Both the position numbers and the translations under genes were made by a program. From Burkholderiales bacterium (GTDB lineage: Bacteria > Pseudomonadota > Gammaproteobacteria > Burkholderiales > Burkholderiaceae_C), in NCBI GenBank assembly GCA_038246615.1, contig JBBRVT010000001.1:1-36835 (forward strand): a stretch of 36,835 nt of DNA. The letters are read 5' to 3'. The notes below the pieces were generated by a model. The model did not search any database, was not told where the DNA came from, and worked only from the letters and a program-made list of their open reading frames with translations. Shown in pieces: positions 18,709 through 27,547 of the stretch (positions are counted from its first letter, which is position 1; every line of letters starts with the position of its first letter).

Positions 18709-20286
18709 TCAGGCTTCCTGGCGCAGCGCGGCCTTGTGGATCTTGCCGGCCGGCGTCATCGGCAGGGCGTCGCGCAGCACCACCTGGCGCGGCACCTTGT
18801 AGTCGGCCAGGTGCTGCGCGCACCAGTGGCGCACATCGGCCTCGCGCAGGTTGCTGCCGGGCTTGGGGATCACGTAGACACGCCCCACCTCGCCCAGCAC
18901 CGCGTCGGGCACGCCGATGCCTGCGGCCATCACCACGCCGGGGTGGCGGTGGATCAGCGCCTCCACCTCGGCCGGGTAGACGTTGAAGCCGCCCTGGATG
19001 TACATGTCCTTCTGCCGGCCCTTCAGGGTGACCACACCGCGCGCGTCCACCTGGCCCAGGTCGCCGGTCTGCAGCCAGCCGTCTGCGCTGAAGCCCTGGC
19101 CCGCCGCCGCGCCGATGTAGCCCGGCACCACGCCGGCCCCCTGCAACCACAGTTCACCCACCGTGCCGGCCGGCACCGGCTGGCCCCGTGGCCCGGCCAC
19201 CTTCAGCCGGGCGCTGTCGAAGGGCTGGCCGATGGTCGTCATCAGGTCGGCGTCGCTGCGCTCCCAGGGCGTCATCACGATCGCGCCGGAGGTCTCGGTC
19301 AGGCCGTACAGGTTCATCAGCGTGGCCTGCGGCATGCGCTCGGCCAGCCGCTGCAGCAGCGCCGCGTCGACATTGGAGCCGCCGGAGAACACCAGCCGCA
19401 CGGCCGACAGGTCGACCGCGTCGATGCGCGCATGCATCAGCAGCAGCGTCAGCACCGTGGGCACGCCGGCCAGCAGCGTGGGGCGGTGCTGCTGCATCAG
19501 GCTGATCATGCGGTCGGCCTTGAACTCGGGCACCAGCACCACGGTACCGCCGCCCACCAGGTGGGTGAGCACGCCGCAGGTGATGCCGCCCACGTGGTTC
19601 AGCGGGTTGGCCAGGTGCAGCACGTCGTGGCCGGTCACCCGGGTGTGGCGCGCCTGCGCGGTGGCCGCAGCCAGCAGGCTGCGGTGGGTGAGCCCGGCGC
19701 CCTTGGGCCGGCCGGTGGTGCCCGATGTGTAGATCACCATGGCGACGTCGTCGGCCAGCACCCGGCGCCGCACGGCCGACAGCCGCCCGGCCTCCAGCGG
19801 CGTGGCCGACAGGGCCGCCAGGCTGTTCAGGCCGCTGCCGTCGATGGCGATCACGTGGCGCAGCGCCGGCAGGCGCGGGCCCAGACGCTGCAGCATCGCG
19901 ATGAAGTCGAAGCCTTCATGGTGCTGCAGCGTGAACACCGCCTTGGTCTGGCTGTCGCCCAGCATGTCCTCCAGCTCGGTGTCGCGGTAGCGCAGCGACA
20001 GGCCCACCACTGCCACGCCGATCTTGGCTGCGGCATAGAAGAGCAGCAGCCATTCCACCTGGTTCAGCCCGATGATGCCGATGCGGTCGCCGCGCTGCAG
20101 CTTCAGCCCCAGCAGGCCGCAGGCCAGCTGGTCGCTGGTGGCGTCCAGCATGCTCCAGCGGTGGTGCAGGCCCTGGTCGATCACCGCGCTGGCCTCGCCA
20201 CGCCGGCGCCCGGCCAGCGTCAGGTGGTCGCCGATGGTGTCTGGCGCGGGCAGGGCAGGCGGGTTGGACGGCGGGGCTGGGCGCAT
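18709..20286 (-). CDS. Acyl-CoA synthetase (class I adenylate-forming)
   Basis: YTSGTTGRPKG, YGLTE, WLQTGDLG, GRQKD, GGFNVYPAEVE, GKI.K. Alternative start at 20322. Confidence 0.93.
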   Translation of the reverse strand: MRPAPPSNPPALPAPDTIGDHLTLAGRRRGEASAVIDQGLHHRWSMLDATSDQLACGLLGLKLQRGDRIGIIGLNQVEWLLLFYAAAKIGVAVVGLSLRYRDTELEDMLGDSQTKAVFTLQHHEGFDFIAMLQRLGPRLPALRHVIAIDGSGLNSLAALSATPLEAGRLSAVRRRVLADDVAMVIYTSGTTGRPKGAGLTHRSLLAAATAQARHTRVTGHDVLHLANPLNHVGGITCGVLTHLVGGGTVVLVPEFKADRMISLMQQHRPTLLAGVPTVLTLLLMHARIDAVDLSAVRLVFSGGSNVDAALLQRLAERMPQATLMNLYGLTETSGAIVMTPWERSDADLMTTIGQPFDSARLKVAGPRGQPVPAGTVGELWLQGAGVVPGYIGAAAGQGFSADGWLQTGDLGQVDARGVVTLKGRQKDMYIQGGFNVYPAEVEALIHRHPGVVMAAGIGVPDAVLGEVGRVYVIPKPGSNLREADVRHWCAQHLADYKVPRQVVLRDALPMTPAGKIHKAALRQEA

Positions 20287-20404
20287 GCCAGGATTGGATC
20301 GGCCCGCCGGCTGCGGCCACATCGTCGCTTACGACGATTCGTGCGCGCCAGGGCGCGTGTGAGACTGCGCCACGCTGCCGCCAAACCCTGCACGGAGCTC
20401 GCCC

Positions 20405-21688
20405 TTGACCGCCATCGCCATCGCCATCGCCACCCCCACCCCCACCGCCACCGCCCCGGTAGCCCAAGCGGTCCCCGCCGCCCCTGTCGCCACGGCGGCA
20501 GACGCAGCCTTTCTTGCCGAGGTTCGCCAGTTTCTCGACGAGGCGCTGACACCCGAGTTGCGCCTGGCTGGCCGGCGCACCGCAGGCGTCTTCACCGATG
20601 CGCCCGCAAGCCGCCCCTGGTTCCGCGCGCTGGCGCAGCGCGGCTGGAGCGTGCCGCACTGGCCGGTGGAATGGGGCGGCACCGGCTGGAGCGCGCGCCA
20701 GCATGCCATCTTCTCCAGTGAATGCGCTGCCGCACAGGCACCGGTGCTGGCGCCGCAGGGCGTGCGCATGGTGGCGCCGGTGGTGCTGGCCTATGGCACA
20801 GCTGAGCAACAGCAGCGATGGCTGCCGGGCATCCGCGCGGGCGACGACTACTGGTGCCAGGGCTACAGCGAGCCGGGCTCGGGCTCTGACCTGGCGTCGC
20901 TGCAGTGCAAGGCGGTGCGTGTAGCGGACAACTCGGGCGACCACTATGTCGTCAACGGCACCAAGATCTGGACCACCCATGCGCAATGGGCCAACCGCAT
21001 CTTCTGCCTGGTGCGCACCAGCAGCACCGGCAAGCCGCAGCAGGGCATCAGCTTCCTGCTGTTCGACATGGACCTGCCGGGCATCACCGTGCGGCCGATC
21101 GTCGGCATCTCGGGCGACCATGAGCTGAACCAGGTGTTCTTCGACGATGTGCGGGTGCCGGCATCGGCCCTGCTGGGCCAGGAGAACCAGGGCTGGACGA
21201 TCGCCAAGTACCTGCTGATGCATGAGCGCGGCGGCACCTACACCCCGGCCCTGCGTGCCCGGCTGGCCCGCATGCAGGCCATGGCGGCGGCGGCCTTTGC
21301 CGAGCGCCCGGCCGACGATGCCGAGCGCCAGGCGGTGGCCACCGCGCTGGCCGACGCGGCATGCCGGCTCGACGCGCTGCACGCGCTGGAGCAGCAGGTG
21401 CTGGCCGACCGCATCCGCGGCGTGGAATCCCCTGTGGCACCGTCCGTCGGCAAGCTGTTGGGCACCGAGCTGCGTCAGCACTTCACCGAGCTGGCGGTCA
21501 CCATCGCCGGGCCCTATGCCGCAGCGCGGCTGCCGATCGGCGCGGCCGGCGCCCATGCGCTGGCCCTGCCGGAAGACGCCCTGTGGGCGATGGGCACCTA
21601 CTTGAACGACCGCGCCGCCAGCATCTATGCCGGCACCAACGAGGTGCAGCGCAACCTGATCGCACAGCATCTGCTGTCGACGCAATGA
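20405..21688 (+). CDS. Acyl-CoA dehydrogenase (PimC/FadE large-subunit type)
   Basis: WPVEWGG, WCQGYSEPGSGSDLASL, NGTKIWTT, LMHER, IYAGTNEVQRN. TTG start with GGAG RBS and a low-complexity leader. Confidence 0.92.
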   Translation: MTAIAIAIATPTPTATAPVAQAVPAAPVATAADAAFLAEVRQFLDEALTPELRLAGRRTAGVFTDAPASRPWFRALAQRGWSVPHWPVEWGGTGWSARQHAIFSSECAAAQAPVLAPQGVRMVAPVVLAYGTAEQQQRWLPGIRAGDDYWCQGYSEPGSGSDLASLQCKAVRVADNSGDHYVVNGTKIWTTHAQWANRIFCLVRTSSTGKPQQGISFLLFDMDLPGITVRPIVGISGDHELNQVFFDDVRVPASALLGQENQGWTIAKYLLMHERGGTYTPALRARLARMQAMAAAAFAERPADDAERQAVATALADAACRLDALHALEQQVLADRIRGVESPVAPSVGKLLGTELRQHFTELAVTIAGPYAAARLPIGAAGAHALALPEDALWAMGTYLNDRAASIYAGTNEVQRNLIAQHLLSTQ

Positions 21689-21705
21689 GGCCAAGGCACT
21701 GAACC

Positions 21706-22833
21706 ATGGACCCGATCTTCCCGCTCGACGACACCCAGGCGCTGCTGCAGAGCAGCCTGCAACGCTGGCTGCACGACAACGCGCCGTTCGAGCGGCGTGC
21801 CGCGCTGCTGGCCACGCCCAGCGCCTTCCAGCCGCTGTGGTCCGGCCTGGCGCAGCAATTGGGGCTGCTGGGCGCGGCCCTGCCGGAAGCGGTGGGCGGG
21901 CAGGGCGGCAGCCTGGCCGACCATCTGGTGGTCCTGCAGGCCCTGGGCCAGGCCCTGCTGCCCGAGCCCTACAGCGCCTGCCTGGTCACCGGTGCCGGCC
22001 TGCTGCAAGGCCTGCCAGGCGCGGGCCCCGCCCGCCTGCTGGCCGGCGTGGCCGACGGCGCTGTGCGCCCGGTGCTGGCGGCGCTGGAGCCGGGTGGCCG
22101 GCATGACCAGGCCCAGGTGGCCAGCCGCCTGCATGCCGATGGCAGCCTCAGCGGCCGCAAGGCCCTGGTGCGCGCCGCACCGCAGGCCACCCACTGGCTG
22201 GTGAGCGCACGCGATGGCGCCGGCACGCTGCGCCTGGCCCAGGTGCGGCCCGACGCGGCCGGCATCACCCGGCGTGATCTGCCGCTGGCCGACGGCAGCT
22301 GGGCCAGCGAGATCGCCTTCGACCGCACGCCCGCCGAGGCCCTGCTCGGCGAGCCCGGCACCGACCTGCTGCCGCTGTTGCAGCAGGTGGCCGACGCGGC
22401 CTTGCTGGCCACCGGCGCCGAGGCGGTCGGCGTGATGCAGCGGCTGCTGCGCGACACGCTAGGTTATGTGCGCCAGCGCAAGCAGTTCGGCGTGGCCATC
22501 GCCAGTTTCCAGGCCACCCAGCACCGGCTGGCCGACATGCACACGGCCCTGCTGCAGGCGCGCGCCCTGGTGGCCGCCACGCTGGCTGCCATGGACCAGC
22601 CCGCGCCCGAGCGCGGCCGCGCTGTCGCCGCCTGCCAGGTGGCCGTGGCCCGCGCGGCGCGCACCGTCGGCCAGGGTGCTGTGCAACTGCATGGCGGCAT
22701 GGGCGTGACCGAAGAGCTGGCCGTGGGCCATGCCTTCAAGCGCCTGACATTGATCGAACACCACCAGGGCGGCCTGGCCGTGCACTTGCAGCGTGTGGCA
22801 CGCTGGCAGGCGGCGCAGCCGGTTTTTGCCTGA
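21706..22833 (+). CDS. Acyl-CoA dehydrogenase (PimD/FadE small-subunit type)
   Basis: R.QFG..I.SFQA.QHRLADM and QLHGGMG.T.E; lacks the SEPGSGSD and IY.GT motifs. Confidence 0.88.
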   Translation: MDPIFPLDDTQALLQSSLQRWLHDNAPFERRAALLATPSAFQPLWSGLAQQLGLLGAALPEAVGGQGGSLADHLVVLQALGQALLPEPYSACLVTGAGLLQGLPGAGPARLLAGVADGAVRPVLAALEPGGRHDQAQVASRLHADGSLSGRKALVRAAPQATHWLVSARDGAGTLRLAQVRPDAAGITRRDLPLADGSWASEIAFDRTPAEALLGEPGTDLLPLLQQVADAALLATGAEAVGVMQRLLRDTLGYVRQRKQFGVAIASFQATQHRLADMHTALLQARALVAATLAAMDQPAPERGRAVAACQVAVARAARTVGQGAVQLHGGMGVTEELAVGHAFKRLTLIEHHQGGLAVHLQRVARWQAAQPVFA

Positions 22834-22855
22834 TTCCCCCTTTCTGGAGACCCCG

Positions 22856-24004
22856 ATGCCTTTGAATTTCGCCCGCAGCTGGATGGACGACGACCTGAAC
22901 CAGTGGCGCGACACCTGCGCCCGCTTCGTCGAGAAAGAGCTGGTGGCCGACGACGCCGCCGCCCGCCAGCGCGGCAACGTCGGCCGCGGCCTGTGGACCA
23001 AGGCGGGCGAACTGGGCCTGCTGTGCACCGACATCCCCGAGGCCTACGGCGGTGCCGGCGGTGACTTCCGCCATGAGGCGGTGTTGTACGAGGAATGCGC
23101 GCGCCGCGGCATCAGCGGCTGGGGCAACTCTGTGCACACCATCGTGGCGCACTACTTCAAGAACCACGGCACGCCCGCCCAGAAGGACCGCTACCTGCCG
23201 CGCATGGCCCGCGGCGAGCTGGTCGGCGCCATCGCCATGACCGAACCCGGCGCCGGCAGCGACCTGCAGGGCATCCGCACCCGTGCCGAGAAGCGTGGCG
23301 ACAGCTATGTCATCAACGGCAGCAAGACCTTCATCACCAACGGCTACCTGGCCGACGTGGTGTTGGTGGTGTGCAAGACCGACCCGACGCAGGGTGCGCG
23401 GGGCACCTCGATCCTGGTCGTCGAAACCAAGGATTGCGCAGGTTTCCGTGTCGGCCGGGTGCTCGACAAGCTGGGCATGAAGAGCCAGGACACCTCCGAG
23501 CTTTTCTTCGACGATGCCACCGTGCCTGCGGCCAACCTGCTGGGCGGCCAGGAGGGCCAGGGCTTCTACCAGCTGATGGGCGACCTGCCCTATGAGCGGC
23601 TGATCATCGGCGTGACCGCGCTCGCCACGATGGAAGGCGCCTACGAAGCCACGCTGGCCTACGTGCGTGACCGCAAGGCCTTCGGCAAGCCGATCGCCGA
23701 CCTGCAGAACACCCGCTTCAAGCTGGCCGAGGTGGCCACCACCATCCAGGTGGGCCGTGCCTTCATCGACCGCTGCGTCGAGCAACTGGTGGCCGGCCAG
23801 CTCGACACCGCCACCGCCAGCATGGCCAAGCTGTGGGGCAGCGAGGCCCAGGGCAAGGTGCTCGACGAATGCCTGCAGTTGTTCGGCGGCTACGGCTTCA
23901 TGAACGAGTACGTGATCGCCCGCATGTATGCCGACGCCCGGGTGCAGCGCATCTACGGCGGCACCAGCGAGATCATGAAAGAAGTCATCTCCAGGGCCCT
24001 GTGA
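22856..24004 (+). CDS. Acyl-CoA dehydrogenase (LCAD-type)
   Basis: AMTEPGAGSDL, NGSKTFITNG, DTSELFF, LPYERL, GGYGFM.EY, IYGGTSEIMK. RBS GGAGA. Confidence 0.95.
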   Translation: MPLNFARSWMDDDLNQWRDTCARFVEKELVADDAAARQRGNVGRGLWTKAGELGLLCTDIPEAYGGAGGDFRHEAVLYEECARRGISGWGNSVHTIVAHYFKNHGTPAQKDRYLPRMARGELVGAIAMTEPGAGSDLQGIRTRAEKRGDSYVINGSKTFITNGYLADVVLVVCKTDPTQGARGTSILVVETKDCAGFRVGRVLDKLGMKSQDTSELFFDDATVPAANLLGGQEGQGFYQLMGDLPYERLIIGVTALATMEGAYEATLAYVRDRKAFGKPIADLQNTRFKLAEVATTIQVGRAFIDRCVEQLVAGQLDTATASMAKLWGSEAQGKVLDECLQLFGGYGFMNEYVIARMYADARVQRIYGGTSEIMKEVISRAL

Positions 24005-24804
24005 TGAGCGACCAGGAACAGCCCCTGCTGATCGACGAGCGCCACGGCGTCGCCTGGCTGACGATGAACCGGCCCGAGCGGCTGAACGCGCTGAACCCCG
24101 GCCTGACCGACGCGCTGCGCGGCTACTTCCAGGCGCTGCAAGACCGGCCCGACATCCGCGTGGTGGTGCTGCAGGGCGCCGGCCGGGCCTACTGCGCCGG
24201 GCTCGACCTGAAAGACCGCACCGGCGCCGCGCCGCGCGACGTGCAGGCCGGGCTGGCCGGGCAGAAGGCCATCCGCGACATCATGGTCGCGATGCGCGAG
24301 TGCCCGCAGCCGATCATCAGCGTCGTGCAGGGTGCGGCCAGCGGCGGCGGGCTGGGCATCGCGCTTTCCAGCGACATCCGGCTGTGCACGCCCGAGGCGC
24401 GCTTCAACGCCGCCTTCATCAAGATCGGCGTGTCGGGTTGCGACATGGGCAGCAGCTACTTTCTGCCGCGCATGCTGGGTGCTTCAGTGGCCGCCGAGAT
24501 GCTGCTGACCGGCCGCTTCCTGCATGCCGACCGGGCCTACAGCCTGGGCTTCGTCAGCAAGGTGGGGCCGTTGGCCGAGATCGAGGCCGAGGCCCGGCAA
24601 CTGGCCGACGAGATGCTGGCCGCCACCCCGCTGGCGCTGCGCCTGACCAAAGATTGCATGAACCACAACATCGACGCACCCGGCCTGCGGGCGGCCATCG
24701 CGATGGAAGACCGCAACCAGATCCTGTGCACCCGCGGGGGTGATTTCAACGAAGGCATCAGCGCCTTCCTGGAGAAGCGCAAGCCGGTCTACGGCCAGTC
24801 TTGA
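24004..24804 (+). CDS. Enoyl-CoA hydratase/isomerase (crotonase) family protein
   Basis: NRPERLNAL, YCAGLDL, GGG..IAL.SDIR, AFLEKRKP; TGATG overlap with the upstream ACAD. Confidence 0.93.
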   Translation: MSDQEQPLLIDERHGVAWLTMNRPERLNALNPGLTDALRGYFQALQDRPDIRVVVLQGAGRAYCAGLDLKDRTGAAPRDVQAGLAGQKAIRDIMVAMRECPQPIISVVQGAASGGGLGIALSSDIRLCTPEARFNAAFIKIGVSGCDMGSSYFLPRMLGASVAAEMLLTGRFLHADRAYSLGFVSKVGPLAEIEAEARQLADEMLAATPLALRLTKDCMNHNIDAPGLRAAIAMEDRNQILCTRGGDFNEGISAFLEKRKPVYGQS

Positions 24805-24824
24805 GGCATGGCCTGCTCAGGCTG

Positions 24825-25211
24825 TCAGGCCTGACCCAGGGGTGCGAGGCCGCTGCGCGGCAGGTTCTTGCTTGCGGCGAAGCGGTAGACACCGCTGAAC
24901 AGGTGGTCGAAGTTGCCGGCGTCCAGTTGGTCGATCAGCGCGTCGCAATGCAATGGCAGGCTGACGAAACAGCCGCGCCACCACACCGGCACGCCGGCCA
25001 GCCGCCACACCCGGATGCGGAACTCACGCGGTTGCGGGTAGGCCTGGAGGTCACCGGGCAGACTGCAGACCCGCGCCTTGCGGCGCAGTTCCACCCGCCA
25101 CCAGCTCTTGCCGCTGCTGCGCAGCAGCGCATGTGCGGTGGCGTGGTGCTGCAGGGCCAGCGCACGGCCGGCCAGGCCAACAATCAGCACGGTGATCAAC
25201 ATCCAGGTCAT
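24825..25211 (-). CDS. Hypothetical protein with an N-terminal hydrophobic segment
   Basis: GGGGAG RBS, a MTWMLITVLIVGLAG anchor, its own intergenic slot and an upstream promoter-like motif. Confidence 0.65.
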   Translation of the reverse strand: MTWMLITVLIVGLAGRALALQHHATAHALLRSSGKSWWRVELRRKARVCSLPGDLQAYPQPREFRIRVWRLAGVPVWWRGCFVSLPLHCDALIDQLDAGNFDHLFSGVYRFAASKNLPRSGLAPLGQA

Positions 25212-25248
25212 CACGTTCTCCCCAACTCCGAGGTACCGGTTGCATTGA

Positions 25249-25265
25249 AGCGAGCTTCGTGCCAA
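25249..25265 (-). promoter_or_regulatory. Putative sigma54 (-24/-12) promoter
   Basis: Minus strand TTGGCACG-AAGC-TCGCT versus consensus TGGCACG-N4-TTGCW: correct GG-N10-GC spacing, one mismatch, about 35 bp upstream of the CDS start. Confidence 0.65.
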
Positions 25266-25377
25266 CCGGCCACTCTCATTGAGAGGATAAGCACGGGGAT
25301 CTCCCCCGGTATCTTCCCCACTTGCGGTGTCATCGCGTGCAGCCTTTCACCTGCCGCACCCACTGCGGCCATCCACC

Positions 25378-25881
25378 ATGCCTGATCGCCACCCGACGAA
25401 TCCACCCGACGCCGCCTTGCGCAGTGCCGCCGACAGCGCGCTGCTCGACACCGAGATCATCGACATGATCGAGCAGCGCACGCCCTTCCAGAAGGCGCTG
25501 GGTGTGCGTGTGCAGGCGCTGGCACCGACGCTGGTGCTGCGCTTCGACTGGCGGCCCGACCTGGTGGGCCACTACCACTCGGGCCGGCTGCACGGTGGCG
25601 TGATCGCGGCGGTGCTCGACACCCTGGGCGGCTGCGCGCTGATGAAGGGCCTGGCCGACAAGCATGCGCACGACACGCTGGCGCAGATGCAGCACCGGCT
25701 GACGCGCATCGGCACCATCGACATGCGGGTGGACTACCTGCGCCCCGGCATGGGCCAGCACTTCGTCGGCACCTGCGAAATCACCCGCCTGGGCGGCCGC
25801 GTGGGCTCCACGCAGATGCGCCTGCACAACGACGATGGCGTGCTGGTGGCCACGGCGGCGGCGAGCTACATCGTCAGCTGA
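25378..25881 (+). CDS. PaaI/hotdog-fold thioesterase
   Basis: LVG....GRLHGGVIAAVLDT.GG, GTIDMRVDYLRPG, VATA.ASY. Confidence 0.9.
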   Translation: MPDRHPTNPPDAALRSAADSALLDTEIIDMIEQRTPFQKALGVRVQALAPTLVLRFDWRPDLVGHYHSGRLHGGVIAAVLDTLGGCALMKGLADKHAHDTLAQMQHRLTRIGTIDMRVDYLRPGMGQHFVGTCEITRLGGRVGSTQMRLHNDDGVLVATAAASYIVS

Positions 25882-26033
25882 GTGTCACGGTGCATCCGGG
25901 GCGGCCGTGGCAGCCATGGCAGGCAGCAGGCCCCGGCAATGCGCCTGAGCGCGATAGGCGCAGCAGGCGCAACACCAGGGCTGGCGTCGATCACCTGCCG
26001 TGCGGCGTTGTCAGAGAGCGGAATGAAGTCCAT
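25866..26033 (-). pseudogene. Possible 5' stub of a GSU2403-like nucleotidyltransferase gene
   Basis: Unlisted 55-codon ORF starting MDFIPLSDNAARQVIDAS, which I recall resembling the N-terminus of this family; it then runs into unrelated low-complexity sequence. Confidence 0.4.
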
Positions 26034-26079
26034 TGGCCGTATCCATGTTGAATCTCGGAACAGACGGCCAATCGTGCGA

Positions 26080-26092
26080 AATCAAGTGCTTG
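26080..26092 (+). promoter_or_regulatory. IHF consensus site
   Basis: AATCAAGTGCTTG matches WATCAANNNNTTR exactly, in a locally AT-richer patch. Confidence 0.5.
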
Positions 26093-26141
26093 CATGTGGT
26101 TTGACCCAGGTGGTCTGGCCATCTGCAGACGGGCCAGCGCG

Positions 26142-26650
26142 TCAGGCGCCACGCCACGTCACCTGCCCATGGCTTGCTGCGTCCGAGCGGGCACGGCCGA
26201 CGGCTTCCAGCGTCTGCAGGATCTGCGGCAGGCGCTTCTTCCAGGGCCCGCGGCCGGTGAAGCGCTCAGCCAGTGCGGCCTCGGCCAGTGGCGCCGGCGC
26301 GGCGGCCAGCAGCGCGGCCACGGCGCGCATCTGCGCTGGCAGGTCGGCTGGCCAGGGGCGGCGCACGGCGGTGGCAGGCGGGCTGGCCTTGGGGCGTCAG
26401 CAGCTCGCCGCTGCGCAGCTTGGCCAGCAGGTTGTACAGGCCGGTGAGGGTGAGGGTGATGGTGTCATGCGCCGCTGGCCGGGCCTTGCGGTGGGCGTCG
26501 AGCTGCTCGGCCAGGCTGCGGATGCGGTCGGTGAGTTCGGCGGTCAGGCCGGTGTCGGCGGCGGGGAAGGGGAAGGTTTCGAAGCAGCGGGTGTTGTTGC
26601 AGCGCGGCGGGTCTTCCAGCGTGCCACCTGGCCACAGGCGCAGGGCGCCC
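26142..26650 (-). pseudogene. C-terminal remnant of an MmeI-like (type IIG/IIL) restriction-modification enzyme
   Basis: GGTLED.PR.N.T.CFETFPFP, RIR.LAEQLDAHRK, LTLTGLYN.L.KLR.GE.LT; deletion/frameshift near 26390; then PWP..LP.Q..AV..LL...RF.G.G.WKKRLPQIL.TLEA.GRAR. Confidence 0.78.
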
Positions 26651-26721
26651 AAGCACCTTTGCGACAAGCCACCAGCGGCCGGGCTGCAAGAATCTTGTGC
26701 AAACCCCTGCAGGAGACCGCC

Positions 26722-27540
26722 TTGAACGACCGCGTCCGCATCACCATCGACGCCCACGGCGTGGCCGACGTGGCGCTGGTGCGCAGCGACAAGATGAACG
26801 CGCTCGACTCCGACATGTTCGAGGCACTGGCCGCCGCCATCACCCGGCTGAAGGCCGAGCCGGCGCTGCGGGCGGTGGTGCTGCATGGCGAGGGCAAGGC
26901 CTTCTGCGCCGGGCTGGACATGGGCCGCATGGCCCGGATGAACAACGGCGAGCCCGGCGCCACGCGCGATTTGCGGCCACGCACCCACGGCATCGCCAAC
27001 TCGGCGCAGTACGTCGGCCTGGGCTGGCGCGAGATCCCCGTGCCCGTCATCGCTGCAGTGCACGGCGTGGCCTTCGGCGGCGGCCTGCAGGTGGCGCTGG
27101 GCGCCGACATCCGCCTGGTCACCGCCGATCTCAAGATGAGCGTGATGGAGATCAAGTGGGGCCTGGTGCCCGACATGGCCGGCGTGGTGCTGATGCGCGG
27201 CCTGGTGCGCGACGACCATGCGCGTGAGCTCTGCTACACCGGCCGCATCGTCGATGGCACCGAGGCCGTCGCCCTGGGCCTGGCCACCCGCGTCTGCGCC
27301 GACCCGCTGGCCGACGCCCGCGCCATGGCGCAGGCCCTGGCCCAGCGCAATCCCAGCGCGCTGCGCGCCGACAAGCGGCTGATGAACGCCAGCAGCCAGG
27401 TGCTGGCCGACAGCGCCCGTGCGCTGCTGCAGGCCGAAAGCGACGAGCAGGTGGCGCTGATGGGCGCGCCCAACCAGCTGGAGGCGGTGCGCGCCAGCCT
27501 GGAAAAGCGCGCTCCGGTGTTCAGCACCGGCCAGGCCTGA
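26722..27540 (+). CDS. Crotonase/enoyl-CoA hydratase family protein
   Basis: DKMNALD, FCAGLD, FGGGLQVALGADIR, MEIKWGLVPDMAG. TTG start with AGGAGA RBS at 26711. Confidence 0.93.
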   Translation: MNDRVRITIDAHGVADVALVRSDKMNALDSDMFEALAAAITRLKAEPALRAVVLHGEGKAFCAGLDMGRMARMNNGEPGATRDLRPRTHGIANSAQYVGLGWREIPVPVIAAVHGVAFGGGLQVALGADIRLVTADLKMSVMEIKWGLVPDMAGVVLMRGLVRDDHARELCYTGRIVDGTEAVALGLATRVCADPLADARAMAQALAQRNPSALRADKRLMNASSQVLADSARALLQAESDEQVALMGAPNQLEAVRASLEKRAPVFSTGQA

Positions 27541-27547
27541 GCGCGCC

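Noticed and set aside
25882-27540. Apparent 552-aa extended or fused crotonase
   Set aside because: The true start is TTG 26722 with an AGGAGA RBS; the extension is the antisense of the RM relic.
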